From Octopus sinensis (lineage: Eukaryota), in the NCBI RefSeq assembly GCF_006345805.1, contig NC_043001.1, positions 50,282,001 to 50,346,000 of the forward strand: a DNA stretch of 64,000 nt, written 5' to 3'. The notes below the pieces were generated by a model, which did no database searches, was not told the origin of the DNA, and saw only the letters and a program-made list of their open reading frames with translations. Every line of letters starts with the position of its first letter. Position 1 is the stretch's first letter. This document shows positions 37,983 through 52,129 of the stretch, in pieces. The translations under genes were made by a program, and so were the position numbers.

Positions 37983-38853
37983 TGAGGTCTGATCAATAAG
38001 TATCCGGACTGTTATCATGGTAAAGAATCTAAAGTACACAGAGTAAAGCTGCTTGGTACAGATTGACCATGAACGCTGCTTTGCATGTGCACAAAGTTTT
38101 AACGATCTAGCTCACTTCTGCTGTTGCTTGGAAGGAAGGTATATAGCGTGCGATCGTCGCATTGACCATGACAGAAAAATGTTGAGCAGAGAATCGGCAT
38201 CAAATTTTGCCATAAGCTTGGTGATACCTGCTCAGAGACCTACGCAAAGTTTTCGATAAGTTTTCATCGTTCTCGACACAATCAAGATCTTTTGTAACCA
38301 ACCCGAGTGTCGTATAGGTCAGCTGAAAGCAGTGTTGGCACAAACTTGGCAGACACGCGTTTCATACCCAAATCTTCAGTGACAATGGACCGAATTGAAC
38401 GGTAACTAATCTGCACTAATCACGTAAATAATCACGGATAGTGGTGCGACGATTTCTCCTTACAACTGCAAACACTTTGATGTTTTTTTCAGTTCTGCTG
38501 GTTGCGGGTATCCCAGAATGTTCAATATCGACATCTTTTCGTCCATCTTAGAAACGTCTGAACCACTCGTACACTTGTGTGAGGCTCATACACTTCTCTC
38601 TCTCCGCTTTCTGCAACTTTGCGTAGGCCTCTGAGCAGGTATCGCCATGACAACTTTCTCTGTCACGGTCAATGCGGCGATCGCACACTACACACCTTCC
38701 TTCCATGCACTGCTGTAAACAACGGAATTGAGTTGGAACGTTAAAAAACTTAGTGCACATGCACAGCAGAGTTCAAGGTCAATCTTTGACAAGCGGATTT
38801 ACTTCAGCTTCGTTGCTATGGCAACAGTCCGGATACTTATTGATCAGACCTCG
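37983..38853. mobile_element. Non-autonomous mariner with long inverted arms
   Basis: ~31-bp TIRs (gaggtctgatcaataagtatccggactgtt) with TA flanks; both arms carry transposase 5' sequence. Confidence 0.85.
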
Positions 38854-38897
38854 TACATATAGATATGTAAACATACATACATGCATACATACAAACA

Positions 38898-38969
<72 letters not shown>

Positions 38970-38988
38970 GAATAAGTACTAGACTTAC

Positions 38989-39075
38989 AAAGAATAAGTC
39001 CCGGGGTGGATTTGTTCGACCAAAAGTGGTGCTTCAGCAGGGCCGCAGTCAAATGACTGAAACAAGTAAAAGAAT
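38989..39075 (+). mobile_element. SINE family B 3' fragment
   Basis: agaataagtactagacttacaaagaataagtcccgggg...gtcaaatgactgaaacaagtaaaaga matches the end of the 63593 copy. Confidence 0.75.
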
Positions 39076-39114
39076 AAATGAATATATATATATATTCTTT
39101 GACCCAATTATATA

Positions 39115-39174
<60 letters not shown>

Positions 39175-39589
39175 GTGTGTGTGTGTGTGTGTGTGTGTGT
39201 TGTGTGTGTGTGTGTGTGTGTAATTTGGTCAAACACTAAATGTGCTTGATCCAACAAAATGTTGGGTTGAGCTCAAACGAGACTTGACTCTAGTTGATTC
39301 CGTATTAGAAAAATCGATTTTTTCAATTCCGTAATTTCCATTAACTTTTTCAAATTACGTATACATTATGTTAAAATATTCATTGTATTATAACCTTTAT
39401 TTTCATATAAGTTTTATAGCATAATAATTAATAACTATAATAATAATAAAATATTTTTAGCATTTTGTTGTGTCTGGGGAGAGACATTTTCTTTTTGTGC
39501 CTTATAATTTAACACACTTACCGGTAAAATTTCCACTTGTTTCTTATTTTTGTTTTCCTACTCTCGGTCTCCTTTTTTCAGATATCAGT

Positions 39590-40015
39590 CTTTCGCAACT
39601 AGCAAAATCCTCTGGAATTTCCCAATCTAAACAGATCAGGTGCTAGAGTATAACAGACTAGTGATGGTAGAGAAGGTGTAACACATACGCTATATAGTTG
39701 ATGTTGCATGCCGATTTGATCCACGAATAGTCGAGAAGGAAGGCGAAAACATAGAGAGATACAACCCCCTAAGTACGAAATAGCTCCGCTATGGAAAATG
39801 AAGTGGAATACAGTGCTAATTATTGTTGGGGCTTTGGGAACAGCATCAGAAGGCATCAAAGGGAATATAAAGAACTGTTACAAAAGGTTTTCCTTGACAC
39901 GGCCAGAATAATCAGGAAATTATTAGATAGTTGAAAAGAATGGATAGCGTGGTACCGTAGGCTGCAGGTAGAAAGCCCGCTAAGAATGCAAGACACCAGG
40001 AGCGCCAACAAACCT
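39590..40015 (+). mobile_element. Degenerate R4-like 3' fragment
   Basis: EIAPLWKMKWNTVLIIVGALGT and LQKVFLDTARIIRKLL-like pieces. Confidence 0.6.
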
Positions 40016-40044
40016 GTTATATATCACGATTCCGTACTGCTACT

Positions 40045-40455
40045 TTATTCTTTTATTTGTTTCAGTCATTTAACTGCGGCCATGCTGGAGCATCGCTTTT
40101 AGTCGAACAGATCAACCCCAGGACTTATTCTTTGTAAGCCTACTACTTATTCTATTGGTCTCTTTTGCCGAACCACTAAGTTAGGAGGACGCAAACACAC
40201 CGACATCGGTTGTCAAGCGATGGTGATGGGGACAAACACAGAACACAAACACACACACACGCACATATATACACACATATATGTGTATACGACGGGCTTC
40301 TTTCAGTTTCCGTCTACCAAATCCACTCACATGGCTTTGCTCGGTCCGAGGCTACAGTAGAAGACACTTGCCCAAGGTGCCACGCAATGGGACTGAACTC
40401 AGAACCATATGGCTGGTAAGCAAGCTACTTACCACATAGCCACTCTTCCGCCTAT
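40045..40455 (-). mobile_element. SINE family B, diverged
   Basis: Similar to 27612-28017. Confidence 0.8.
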
Positions 40456-40699
40456 GTTCACATCTCGCTCAGAGATTTAATATAGCTTATTTCTCAGTGC
40501 ATAAGTTGAAGGCGAAGGAATGACGCAAAGGACCTTTGGCAATTTGATGTAGCTCGTTCTTTTGGTATAGTTTCAGGATAACATCTGTCAGACAGAAAGC
40601 ATCAATGAAAATAATAACAATAATGATAATTTCTTTTATTGACCAAAAGGGTCCAAGACATGGAGGACAGAGAATAGAACCGCTAGTCCTTGTAAACAA

Positions 40700-41000
40700 T
40701 GAAGTGAGCTTGTGAGACTTTTCTATAAAAAATTGAAAGAACAGAACAGAACCGAACCGAACACGATATCTTAGTCTTTGAAGAAACTAGGCATTGTAAT
40801 TAACGCTATATGCACATCTAACACGGAATTTTGAAAATATAGAATGTTACACCAACCTGAAGTGTGATATCCTAGAGTACTGCAGACAGATTATTATGAT
40901 ACCGGCGGTTTTTATTGGAGCCTTGGTAATAGTAACAAATACCTGGAATAAAGATGAAAAAACTAGATATTTTAACCTAAAAATGAGTGAAATGCAAAAA
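40700..41000 (+). mobile_element. Degenerate R4-like 3' fragment
   Basis: LWDFSI-like, RTEHDI-like and IIMIPAVFIGALG-like pieces. Confidence 0.4.
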
Positions 41001-41450
41001 ATGTCTTTTGGGTGTAGTAAAATTTTCTCATTGGAAATTAGTAATTGATAGCAAGAGCAGGTAATTTTTTATGCGGCTACCTTCCCTCTAAAGATTTAAT
41101 CTGCGTTTGTATTTCAGACGTTACGATGGTGTGCGCGCGTGCGTGTGTGTGAGTGTGTGCGTGTATGCTTCTATGTGTATGTGTGTGTGTATTTATTGCT
41201 GTTGATATGGTTGATGAGTAGCTCTACAAAAGATCTACTCGTCATCATCATCATAAACACAACAACAGCAACAACAATAAAATAAATAAAACAGTAACAC
41301 AAATGGGTACTCTGGCAAATAAGTTGAAAGAGGGAAGAAGGGAGGGAAGAAACAGTTTTTCATAAACGACAACATTTAGACGAAAATTTATATCCAGTAG
41401 AGAGTGAGAAGGATAGAGAGATGAATATATGGATGGATAAACAGTTTGAG

Positions 41451-41529
<79 letters not shown>

Positions 41530-41530
41530 G

Positions 41531-41920
41531 CGTGAGACAAATAGAAATAGGGTGATAGAATTAATGCATTCGAGCTTTGGTGTTGGAGAAGACTTTTGTG
41601 GATTCCATGGACAGCGAGGTTCACCAATGGAGAAGTTCTTAAGCAGATAAGGCCGAAAATGTCGCTAGAAGCTGGGATCACCAAGCGTAGATTGGCATAT
41701 TTCGGTCATATTATGCGGAGAAAATCCCCGGAGAAGGACATCATGCTCGGAATGGTCAGTGGCAATGGAGGAAGAGGCAGACCAAGAACCCGCTGGCTTG
41801 ACACCATCAGGAGTGATACCGGAATGAACATGGCCAGTCTGAAGGAAGCGGCCCAGGATAGAACTGACTGGAGGACACTGATCCAACGAGTGACCGAGAG
41901 TCGACTTCGACTGAGCGGAT
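41531..41920 (+). mobile_element. RTE/BovB-like LINE 3' fragment
   Basis: IPWTARFTNGEVL...RLAYFGHIMRR..EKDIMLG...RGRPRTRWLD...AQDRTDWR. Confidence 0.85.
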
Positions 41921-41959
41921 ATATATATATATATAAATATATATATATATATGATAAAG

Positions 41960-42435
41960 GCTAATGGGCCCGGTTTCCCAGTTTCAATGTCGTATGTGTT
42001 CCCCAGCTGGATGGGACGCCAGTCCATCGCAGCGTTACTCATTTTTGCCAGCTGAGTGGACTGGAACAGCGTGAAATGAAGTGTTTTGCTCAAAAACACA
42101 ACGCGTCGCCCGATCCAGGAATCGAAACCACAATCTTACGATCATGATGCTGACACCCTAACCACTAAGCCACGAGCCTCCACTAAATGTTCCTTCTCGA
42201 GCCATGCCAGGTTCATACGGGCCGGTTTCCTGGTTTCATTGGCGTAGAAATTCCTCACCTGGACGGGACGCCGGTCCGTCGCAGGATTACTCATTTTTGC
42301 CAGCTGAGTGGACTGGAGCAACGTAAAATGAAATGTTTTACTCAAGAACACAACGCATCGCCCGGTCCAGGAATCGAAACCACAACCTTACGATCATGAG
42401 TTCAACACTCTAACCACTAAGCCGCGCGCCTCCAT
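41960..42435 (-). mobile_element. Two tandem copies of tRNA-derived SINE family C
   Basis: Heads ggaggctcgtggcttagtggttaggg and ggaggcgcgcggcttagtggttagag with ggtttcgattcc B-box; shared body caaaacacttcatttcacg. Confidence 0.85.
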
Positions 42436-44164
42436 GCACACGCATATATGCAGAGAGATTGAGAGAGAGAAAGAGAAAGAGAGAAATGTATATAGATACA
42501 TAGAAAGATAGACAATGAGATAATTCTATGTGTGTCTGTGTGTGTGCCTATGCCTGTGAATGTCACATTCATTGGGTCATCCCAGAAATGACGCAGTTTT
42601 CCCAATTGCACGAACTAAAAGTCGGAGGGGGACGAAATAAACTGCCTGAATCAACTTGTTATAAAGGCAGGTAGTAATTGCCCCATCTGATTATCAATTA
42701 TTTCGTAGTCTTCAAAATCGTTCGAACGGAAAAAAATATGAATTCTGTAGTCGAGATCAGATCAGTACTGGAGAAGTAGTTTCGTTACTTCCAAGTGGAT
42801 TTTGGAAGAGGGGCCTGGCAAGTCTACCAGTTAGATGGAAGAGTGTTGTAGAAAATGAAAGAGAGTATATTTTAGATTAAAAAAGAAATTTGTTTATCTT
42901 AATTTTGAAAAATAAGAGAAGTATAAGAAAACCGGGATCGTTGTGGTTTTCGTCACTGTTTACAGTTATCTTAATTTTTGTTTTTATGTATCATATAGAT
43001 GTAACTTTTGACGCTTAATCCGAATTTATTGTTCATTTATTCTAGACAAAATTTTGCAAAAATATTACAGGTGTTCAAAGTTTGATAATTTTCAAAATTT
43101 TCAGCCAATCAGAAAACAGTGCGTTCGCTGCCTCTTCCATCATCAGGGAGGTGGTGTATCGGCATGTCAAAACATTGCTAGAAATAACAGTCAAAACGTT
43201 AATTTATACACGGATGAAGTTAACATTAAAACATTCGCGAGCAAATTAAATATTTAAAAGCTTTCACGCATACAAATATTCGCATACTTCCCCTTAAACA
43301 CTCACACACATAGACACATATGATCACAAAGAGTTGAAACGCTGTTTGATTTTTCTCTTCAGCGTTGAATGTTCACCATTCCACTTCCATTAAACATACA
43401 CACACGCACGCGTGCGCGCGCGCACACACACACATTCACATACCTCCCTTTTACTTACACACACACATACTCACACAGAGTTGAAACGTTCCCACTACCA
43501 GTTTGACATCACCCCTACCTTTGTTATTTATCTATCACCCGTTCTTTTCTCATTCATATGTTGTGACGGAGAAAAATACAAGAGAAATATTATGGTGGAT
43601 CATCTTTCTCATATCTACTCCTTGTGCGCATGCGCAGCGTCTTTGGTTTCTATGAAAACAGAGCTTTTTACCACGGCGATGTGCAAGATACTCGCTTCTG
43701 ACTGGCTTTAATACCCAAATTTTGCAAATTCTAAAGGCTAATAACTTTTTAGTTATGAATTTATAGGAAAAATGAATTTCATTTTCATAATAAGTATACG
43801 AAACTTAATCCATATACCAAATTTGAAAATAATTGGGACAAAGTTCTAAACAGTAACCCACAAAGAAACAAAAACCGCATTATTTATGAGGTGACCCAAT
43901 ACAATCGCATCAGCGACTTTTAAAAAGAAATCTTTTTAAAACTCGAGCTTAGACATGATAATATCGCATCCCTCCCGCCACTTGTTCAGAAAATACAAAG
44001 TTTACTTTGATGGTTAAGAGATCTTATTAATATTAATATTAATACGAAATTAGTTTAGGTTTTAGTTTTCTAGTATTCGTCTCATATAGTAACCGTCTGT
44101 CAAAGAGTACATCTTTTTGGGACACCTTGTATGTATGTATATATCTTTTTTTTTCTTTTTTTTT

Positions 44165-44462
44165 TGACCGGCCAGGCTATCAGATGTTGCTACACATCGC
44201 TGGTCACTACGCGCTTCGCATTGTTTTAGCCATCAAGTGTCTCCACCCCGCTGGCTAAGCGAGCAGGCCAACAGAAGAAAGAATGAGAGAATGTTGTGGC
44301 GACAGAGTACAGCAGGGATCGCCACCACCCCCTGCCGGAGCCTCGTGGAGATTTAGGTGTTTTCGTTCAATAAACACTCACAACGCCCGGTCTGGGAATC
44401 AAAACAGCAATCCTACGACCGCCAGTTCACTGTCCTAACGACTGTGCCATTGCGCCTCCATG
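44165..44462 (-). mobile_element. tRNA-headed SINE related to family C
   Basis: Minus strand ggaggcgcaatggcacagtcgttagg...gattcccagaccgggcgttgtgagtg. Confidence 0.7.
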
Positions 44463-44474
44463 TATGTGTGTGTG

Positions 44475-44536
<62 letters not shown>

Positions 44537-44670
44537 ATAAAAACTTAAAAACTTACTTGGAGAAATAAGAAAGTGACGCGACATATGGGCTTCTATCACC
44601 CTATTTCTATGTATGTATGTATGTATGTATGTATGTATGTATGTATGTATGTATGTATGTATGTATCTAT

Positions 44671-44754
<84 letters not shown>

Positions 44755-45299
44755 ATCTATCTATCTATTTATCTATCTCCCCATCTATCTATCCAACTGT
44801 TTATCTATCCATATATTCATCTCTCTATCCTTCTCACTCTCTACTTGATATAAATTTTCGTCTAAATGTTGTCGTTTATGAAAAGCTGTTTCTTCCCTCT
44901 CTTCTTCCCTCTTTCAACTTATTTGCCAGAGTACCCATTTGTGTTACTGTTTTATTTATTTTATTGTTGTTGCTGTTGTTGTGTTTATGATGATGATGAC
45001 GAGTAGACCTTTTGTAGAGCTACTCATCAACCATATCAGCAGCAATAAATACACACACAGACACACATACAAACACACACAGACACACACACACACACAC
45101 ACACACAATATGTTTATGTGTGTATATAACCTTCTGAGTGGATTTGATATGCTGGAACAGAAAGAAGACCGTCGCATATTTGTATGTATCTATGTGTGTT
45201 GGGGGGGGGGGGTTGTGAGATCTTTGAGGTTGTCCTTCGTCCACCGTTCAACAGCTGGTGTTGGAGTGGTGGGAATGACGAGACAGAGATAAAAGTAGA

Positions 45300-45830
45300 T
45301 ATAGAAATACAGAAACAAACTCACTTCACACGGAGAAATCCCAGAATTAAACAACAGCAAAAGCAATAATTGTCTTAACTTTCCTGACTCTGTAATATAT
45401 ATATCCTTGCTTTTGTATACATTCGGTGCTTTCTTCCAAGGAATCTAATGCTCTTAGCTTAATTTTTCCTTGGGGCTGGCCAGATTGGAGCAATCCCGAG
45501 TATAACCAGCCGAAATTGCAAAGATGATCTGGAACTCGACTGAGGAAAGAAAATTCCGAATGACCCGTCGTTGTTTTCTTTGTATTGTCTATCTGGACGT
45601 TTTGTTGTCCCTTTTTTGTATCAACTGTCTGGATGTTTTGCGTTCTTGTCCCAATTTGTATTATATATATAATACAGTCATCAAAATTGTAATGTTGTCT
45701 TGTTGTTGAGATAGGTTCTCTTTCTTTCCTGATGAGAAGATTGCAATATTTTACACAGTTTATTCCTTTGGAATAAAACGAATGTTGTATTCGAAACATA
45801 TGTCGAAAGTAAAAGAATTTGAATAACATC
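45300..45830. repeat. Probable interspersed repeat, unclassified
   Basis: GC-richer block (gctcttagcttaatttttccttggggctggccagattggagc) between low-complexity tracts; recalled as a common octopus repeat but not verifiable here. Confidence 0.3.
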
Positions 45831-45853
45831 TGCGTTCAACTCCATTTATTTAC

Positions 45854-45905
<52 letters not shown>

Positions 45906-47039
45906 TATATATATATAGCGGCGTACGTACACTTTGGTCTCTTATATGTAAGTATATAAACTGATAAACTGATAAATTAAGTACAATTTACGACAAAAAT
46001 TTATAATCTTAATTTGGTTAAAATAACAAGCGTTTTCAGAGCAAAGTATTTAAATTCAGCTGGCATGTTTTTAGCGTCTCTGACTGTCACCCACTCTCAC
46101 TCCGTTTGTTTTTCTCTTCTTTCCCCAGCGGAACTGATGAAACACATATTATGTTTTATTATATGTATGATATATCAGAATAATTGTTGTTATAATATTA
46201 TGTAAAAACAACAATATCTGTAACTATAATAACAATTTTAAGTACAGTAATAAAATAATATTAACATTCCTAATTGTAAATATATTAAAGATAATTGTAT
46301 TGATGTTCATAACTATTATAAGAATAATATCAGTAATAATAATTGTATTGGTATGTTTGATAGCAATAGTGATTAATATCGAGAACAATATGAACAATAG
46401 TAACAAAATTATTAGTGTTAATGGTAATTTTCCACATGATATAAATAAATGTAAATGTAGAATACTTAACAATCTGTCCTTGGGTGGTGATTGCATGCGA
46501 TGTAATGTCGAATATAGATGCGCTATATAAATTTTCTAAAATTACGCGCAAACCTTCCACTTCGTTTGTAAATCATATCCCTCATTTCAAGGAGAATAAC
46601 AATTTTTATATACTCCTGTCAATTATTAGACGATCTAACCGGTGAGTTCCTTGAAATATTATGTGAGAGTACGAACCTTATTAATAAACAGCAATGTAAA
46701 CATTCTGCGGAAATCAATCTTTCAAGATGTTTACTTTTCTCTACTAATCAATATGTCCTTATATGATTACAAAACTGTATTTCGATATAACATCCTCGTC
46801 CAAGCTTTTATATATCTTTCTTAGTTTATTTACATATATCAACTTGGCCTAGTTACGATGAGGATGTAACTTTATTCCTATGATACTTTAAATCTTTAGT
46901 AAATTCTGTTTGTGGTTTTATAATGATCAATTTTACATCCTCTCCTTATACATTTGCAACATTACATTTCGTTCTTTGTGTGTGTGTGTGCCATTGGACA
47001 GTAACGTAATGTATGTACCTTCCCAATGAGCAGAACTCA

Positions 47040-49000
47040 TCAACTCTTAACCACTTTAGGCTAAGTTCCCAACAAAATGTAAATGGGAAAATATTGCTTG
47101 TCGTTGTTGTTAGACGGGCTATGGTATTTTTGGTAGATAATGGCTATATTGATTGTGCAGTACAGAAAGCTGGAATCCTAGGTATACTAGGTTGCATAGA
47201 TCTGGGATACTGTGCAGACAGCGAAGAGACTGTAAAGCAACCTAGCATTTGTGTGACTTAATCTGGCAACCGATTTTGGATCAGTTCCACACAAACTGCT
47301 TGAGCATGACATGGAGCTGTTCTGGGTTTCACCAGAAGTCTGCAAATTAAAGATAGACTACTAAGGCAAGTTCTACATGCGATTTACCACAAAGGACTAT
47401 TCAACGACTTGGAAGAAACGAGGCAGAGTGGCCCACGACCATGGAAGGAAAGACCTACTTCTATAAAAAAAAGTTTTCAAGGATGATGTAGCTTTGTTAT
47501 CTTGAAGGAGAAGTCAGTGGCGAGAATCCCGAGAAGACTGGATGAGCTGAGAAGCTGAACAAGTCATTCTTGTTCAGCTTATCAGCTCATCCAGTATTCT
47601 CGGGATTTTAAAGCTCATTACTTTAAAACAAAGTTACGGAGTGCAACATTCATGAAGGAGAGACAGAAATAAGTGAAGGATGAGATTGCAGGAAAACTCA
47701 TGCTTACAATAACAGCGGAGCCTGTGGAGATCCTGAGGAGACATTATTGTGGACCGCTTAATGATAGGGGTTAAGGTATCCGAAATCCAGAAAATTACTG
47801 TGAATTATCGATAAAACATTGCTACCAAATAAGTTCAAACTCTGGTATTTGCAATTTGCTCTGTACCCCAGACTGCAGTGGTTACTGGTATTCTATCAAG
47901 TTGCACTGACACAGGATGCTACAACAAAACGAAACGTAACGTCTATATTTGCAAGTGGGCCTTTGCGAGCCCACTTGGAAATATGGGCTCTTGCAAGCAT
48001 GTATTTGTAAAGGAATAAAAGGAAATTAGAGACACACATTTCATCAATAGTTGAGCAGTACAAATGTGATAAGGTGCGGACGGTACTGATGCTGCACCAT
48101 TCAAATGACTTTGTCATCCAATCCTTTCTTCTAGAGAGAGATAAGAACTGGAAAAAAGTGGATAGCTTCGGATGCAACGGAGAAGTTTGTGGGCTCCTTA
48201 AAGTATAGGGATATAATGATCCACACACAGACAAATAGAGAAGGCCTCGAAAATCATACTATGAATGAGAAGCAGAGAAGGATTGCACTAGCCAACCAGG
48301 TAAAGAAAGAACAGTCAAAAAGCAGTTGCATGGAGTTGGTACAATGTAACCAACAGGAATAGTGTGTACCGCTTGGGCGAAAGGTAAGATGGAAAAGAAC
48401 TTTGGTCATGGGAACCAGCCAGAATCAGTTATCTGATTCGCCCTGTGTTCTGCATTCTTCCTAGTACTGCAAACTTGCGTTGGAAAATAAAAGTGGTCTG
48501 TGTAAATTTGGACAGATCGGAACGATGAATCGCTAACACTCCAACTGTCCACTAGAGCTGGAGCACAGTTGTACATGACGGCATGACTAAGCATTTAGAT
48601 TACTGGCTGACGAAGTATCGGAGGTGGGTAATGTGAATTAACAACGATGAAGACCAAAAGTAGAGAAGTATAGGAAGACAAAATGTTGAAGGGAAGGTGA
48701 ACGTTGCAAGTCAGCTACTGTAAGGAAGAAGAATGATCCCAAATGGAAGGATACTTGAAAGGTCTCTGTAGATTTTGTTGGTATATATCCCTTTCCACCT
48801 TTTGCCATCAACGAAATGAAAGTGGAAAAAATGTAGAACAGATAATTCTTTGAGAAGTGAACATTGAATACACTTTCCTTAGGAAAGACAGAAAATAAGT
48901 AAGTTAGTTGAACTCTGAGAAAACGAACTATTGGCGGCAATTTGTCTTCTGTAGACTTAGGTGTTAGAGGATTTGTTTCACTTGATACTCAAAAATCTTG
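47040..49000 (+). mobile_element. Degenerate HERO/NeSL-type retrotransposon
   Basis: LPNKFKLWYLQFALYPRLQWLLVFYQVAL, WEPARISYLIRPVFCILPSTANL and YT*RHD pieces; same clade as 1570-2190. Confidence 0.7.
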
Positions 49001-49399
49001 GATTATTCGCGAAGTAAAGAAAAGATGTCAGAAAATCGTCAGAAACCACTAAGAAAGCAAGTTTGGTTTAAGACCGAGGAGGAGTGGTGCAGTAAGAACG
49101 AGCAATGAGGACGATAGAAACATCTGGCCCAGATCCGTAATGTCTGATTCAACAAAGCACGTAGTGTTGTACGGGAGTTTTATCGCTTAAATCGGTGGGT
49201 GGACCTGAGCAAGTATGATTTCGCGATAAAAGAGACGAAAACACCTACGAAGCTACTTCACCGCCTGATGAGAAATATACTTCTGTTTTTGGAGACAGAG
49301 TACAGCAGCACTTGAAATCCATGTAATGCTCTTTTCTTTTTCTTTTTCCGTTCTTTTTCTTTTATTTGATGTCAAATAGACATAACACATCAACCGCAA

Positions 49400-51560
49400 T
49401 ACATCGTTTCTTTAGGTAAGTCTCATTACAACCTCATCCCATCCTTTCCAATTACGTATTTCTATTTTCTCATATTTCTGTTTCCCTAAAATAGTCATTT
49501 CTCTTTGCATGCAAAACCAAATCTCTTTCAAATATCTCAGTGGATGACTGCTGCAATCTTATAATGATTACCTTTTTTGAATTCTTTCTAAACCAACTGT
49601 AGATATTCCGATACAATATTAATTAAGATTTCATCTGGATCATCACACATTCTATATTTGTATGAGTATTCCTCTTAATCTCTCATTCTCGAGATCTAAA
49701 TATTCCTTTGGGTATATACCTACTCAATTGAAACCATACTCACGGTATCTTTCTTGAATACTTCTTTCTTTAACCTCATTAACCAGAGCCTGCTGTCTTT
49801 GTCTATTTGGATTTTTTGAATAATCATTGAACGAAGTCTCTTTGTTTTAAATTTTGTTTTCTCATTTTCTATATATTCCCGTTTTCCTTTTTCAGATTCT
49901 ACCTGCTTACTAGAACTTCTTTTCCTTCTTGATAGAAACCTTGACTTGTTTTCTCTAACTCTCTTTCTGTAACCGCTGCGCATCTGACTGGGGATGCCTG
50001 TTTCTGTACATTGTGAAATACTTATTCATTTTCTTGTTGATATCATACCTTTCTTCAACTCAATAGTTTTTACTCCATAATTTATTTGCAATACTGCGGG
50101 CATCTTTACTGCGGGCATCTTTCAATTTATATTTCTCATTTTATCAGTTTCCAATATTCTCACATATATGTATGTTATTTCAACATTTAGTCATTTTATA
50201 TTCTCCTCATTAGATAGATCTATTCCAGTATTTTTGTGAATTTTACCTACTTCATCTCCATCATAGAAAATGTTCGATTCAAATGCCAACCTAATGTCAC
50301 TTACTGTTTGCTCTAAGAAATCCTGTTGGATCTTGTTGCCATAAAGCTTTCAATCAACTTTAGATACTTGAATTACATTTCCGCTTTACTTTCCAGAGTG
50401 TCCTTCCTTAGCTTTGTTTAGATTTGCTTAATTTTTCTGCAACAAGTTTGTTCAATAGTCATTGCTTTTTATAGTGATGTTGGAATACCTATGTGTTTCT
50501 ACATAATTGGTATACATCTAATTGGCCGGTAATTTGAAACAGCGTTTACTTTGAATTTGTCTTTCAGTACTAGACAGGTTCTTCTTTTTGTTAGTCATAC
50601 TTTGATAAGTTCTTATTTAGTTGTATTGCAAAGTGTCATGGAAACTGACAAAATCTTTACGCCACTATCCAGAGATAAGAACGGAGCTGGCAGTTTCTCC
50701 ACCTTTCTGCTGGTTCTAATTACTTTCGAATATTAGCCTATATCATTTTTACTGTGCTTGAGCATTTTCATCGTAATTTTTCACTTGCTTTATCCACTTT
50801 TCTTCATCGTTGTGTTTAGCATTTCCCCCTATATTTCTCTCTCAAATAACTTTCTTCAACATTTGGTACTACTTTATTATGCTTCTTATCTCTTTCAATG
50901 ATATCCAATACACGTTTCAAGACTGTAAAACGCAATTATGCTCATACTGTTTGGTTCTTCCTTTATACTCCATAACTTTGGCAGCTTTTGACTCTACTCT
51001 CTGCTTTTGTTGTCTTATTTCCATTTTCTCTTACCTCTAATCTACCCTTCTCCTCTGTCTTTAATTTATCTGAATTCCACCGTCGATTGAGATCTTTATA
51101 TTTTTCCTAATATCTCAAAATTATTAGTATCCAAGTTTGTCACAAAGGTTTCTACAAAGGTTTCCACTAAAGTTCTTTTGTCTGTCCTTTCTTTTTCCAC
51201 TAGATTTCCTCAAATAAATTAACACCTGCTAATACTTATGTATCGGTATCTTTATTATTTCTGTAGATAATCTTATCAATACCATTGTTCAATTTTAATG
51301 TTATTTCAATATTGGTTCGATCTACTAATCACAAATTTTCTGACTCCAGGGCCTCAGTTTCCTTCAGTTTCTTCCTCAGTTTTTATGGATCTCCAGTTGA
51401 TCGTTAAGCATTTCCACATCAAATTCCCTTTCCTCTAGCATCCACCTTCTTGGCGAGCGTTGTATTCTCCTGGTTAGCTACAATATTTACGTTCTACTAA
51501 TTCATCCATTTGGGTTTGATTTGTTGGTTCTTGTGAATTCTTTAGTGATTTTACTCTGTC
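49400..51560 (-). mobile_element. Highly degenerate R4/Dong-like element
   Basis: YRMCDDPDEILINIVSE..KEFKK resembles CRMC-ETI-HIVSGC-KEYK; other RT-like remnants. Confidence 0.5.
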
Positions 51561-52129
51561 TTTTTTACAATTTTAAGCGAGGAAGAAGTTTTTCATTCTT
51601 GAAGCACAATACTTAGCATACTATTCTTCAAGCCTCAACATGGTGATGACTGAATCTAAGCCGTTTTACTGCAGAGCATCTACAGGACCAAAAACTTTCT
51701 CCAGAAGCTGCAATTTCATTCATGCGATTTAAAAAAAAATTTTAATTCTATATAATGCATTCACAAAGAGATAGCGATTTTAAGTTTATTATATTATTCG
51801 TGTTGTTTTTGTTTCGAGCCAAAATCGCCGAGAAGGTTGGCAACCATGGCTAAAATGTTCCTTCTCCCTTTGAAATAGATTTTACCCCGTTTATGATCAG
51901 CGGTTCATTGGGACACCATTTCAGACATGTTATCCGGAAGACAAGTCTACTTGTCGACTTTTAGCTGAGGCTGGTTGTAACTGCGTTGGTTGCCGTAACG
52001 GTACTTAATCCCTCTCAGATCAGAAGAATTCTCGACCATGGTCCAGTAATACAGTTAGTAGACCTTGTGTGACTGCTTTGAACATGTTAGTCACCTGAAA
52101 TACATTATTTTGTACAAGAAAATATAGAT

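Noticed and set aside
43000-44130. MITE/Tc1-like ends (e.g. ctttttgggacaccttgta at ~44112-44130)
   Set aside because: I could not find a matching partner TIR to define an element.
45347-45829. 160-aa minus-strand ORF
   Set aside because: No recognisable domain, splice context or paralog; it lies in a probable interspersed repeat.
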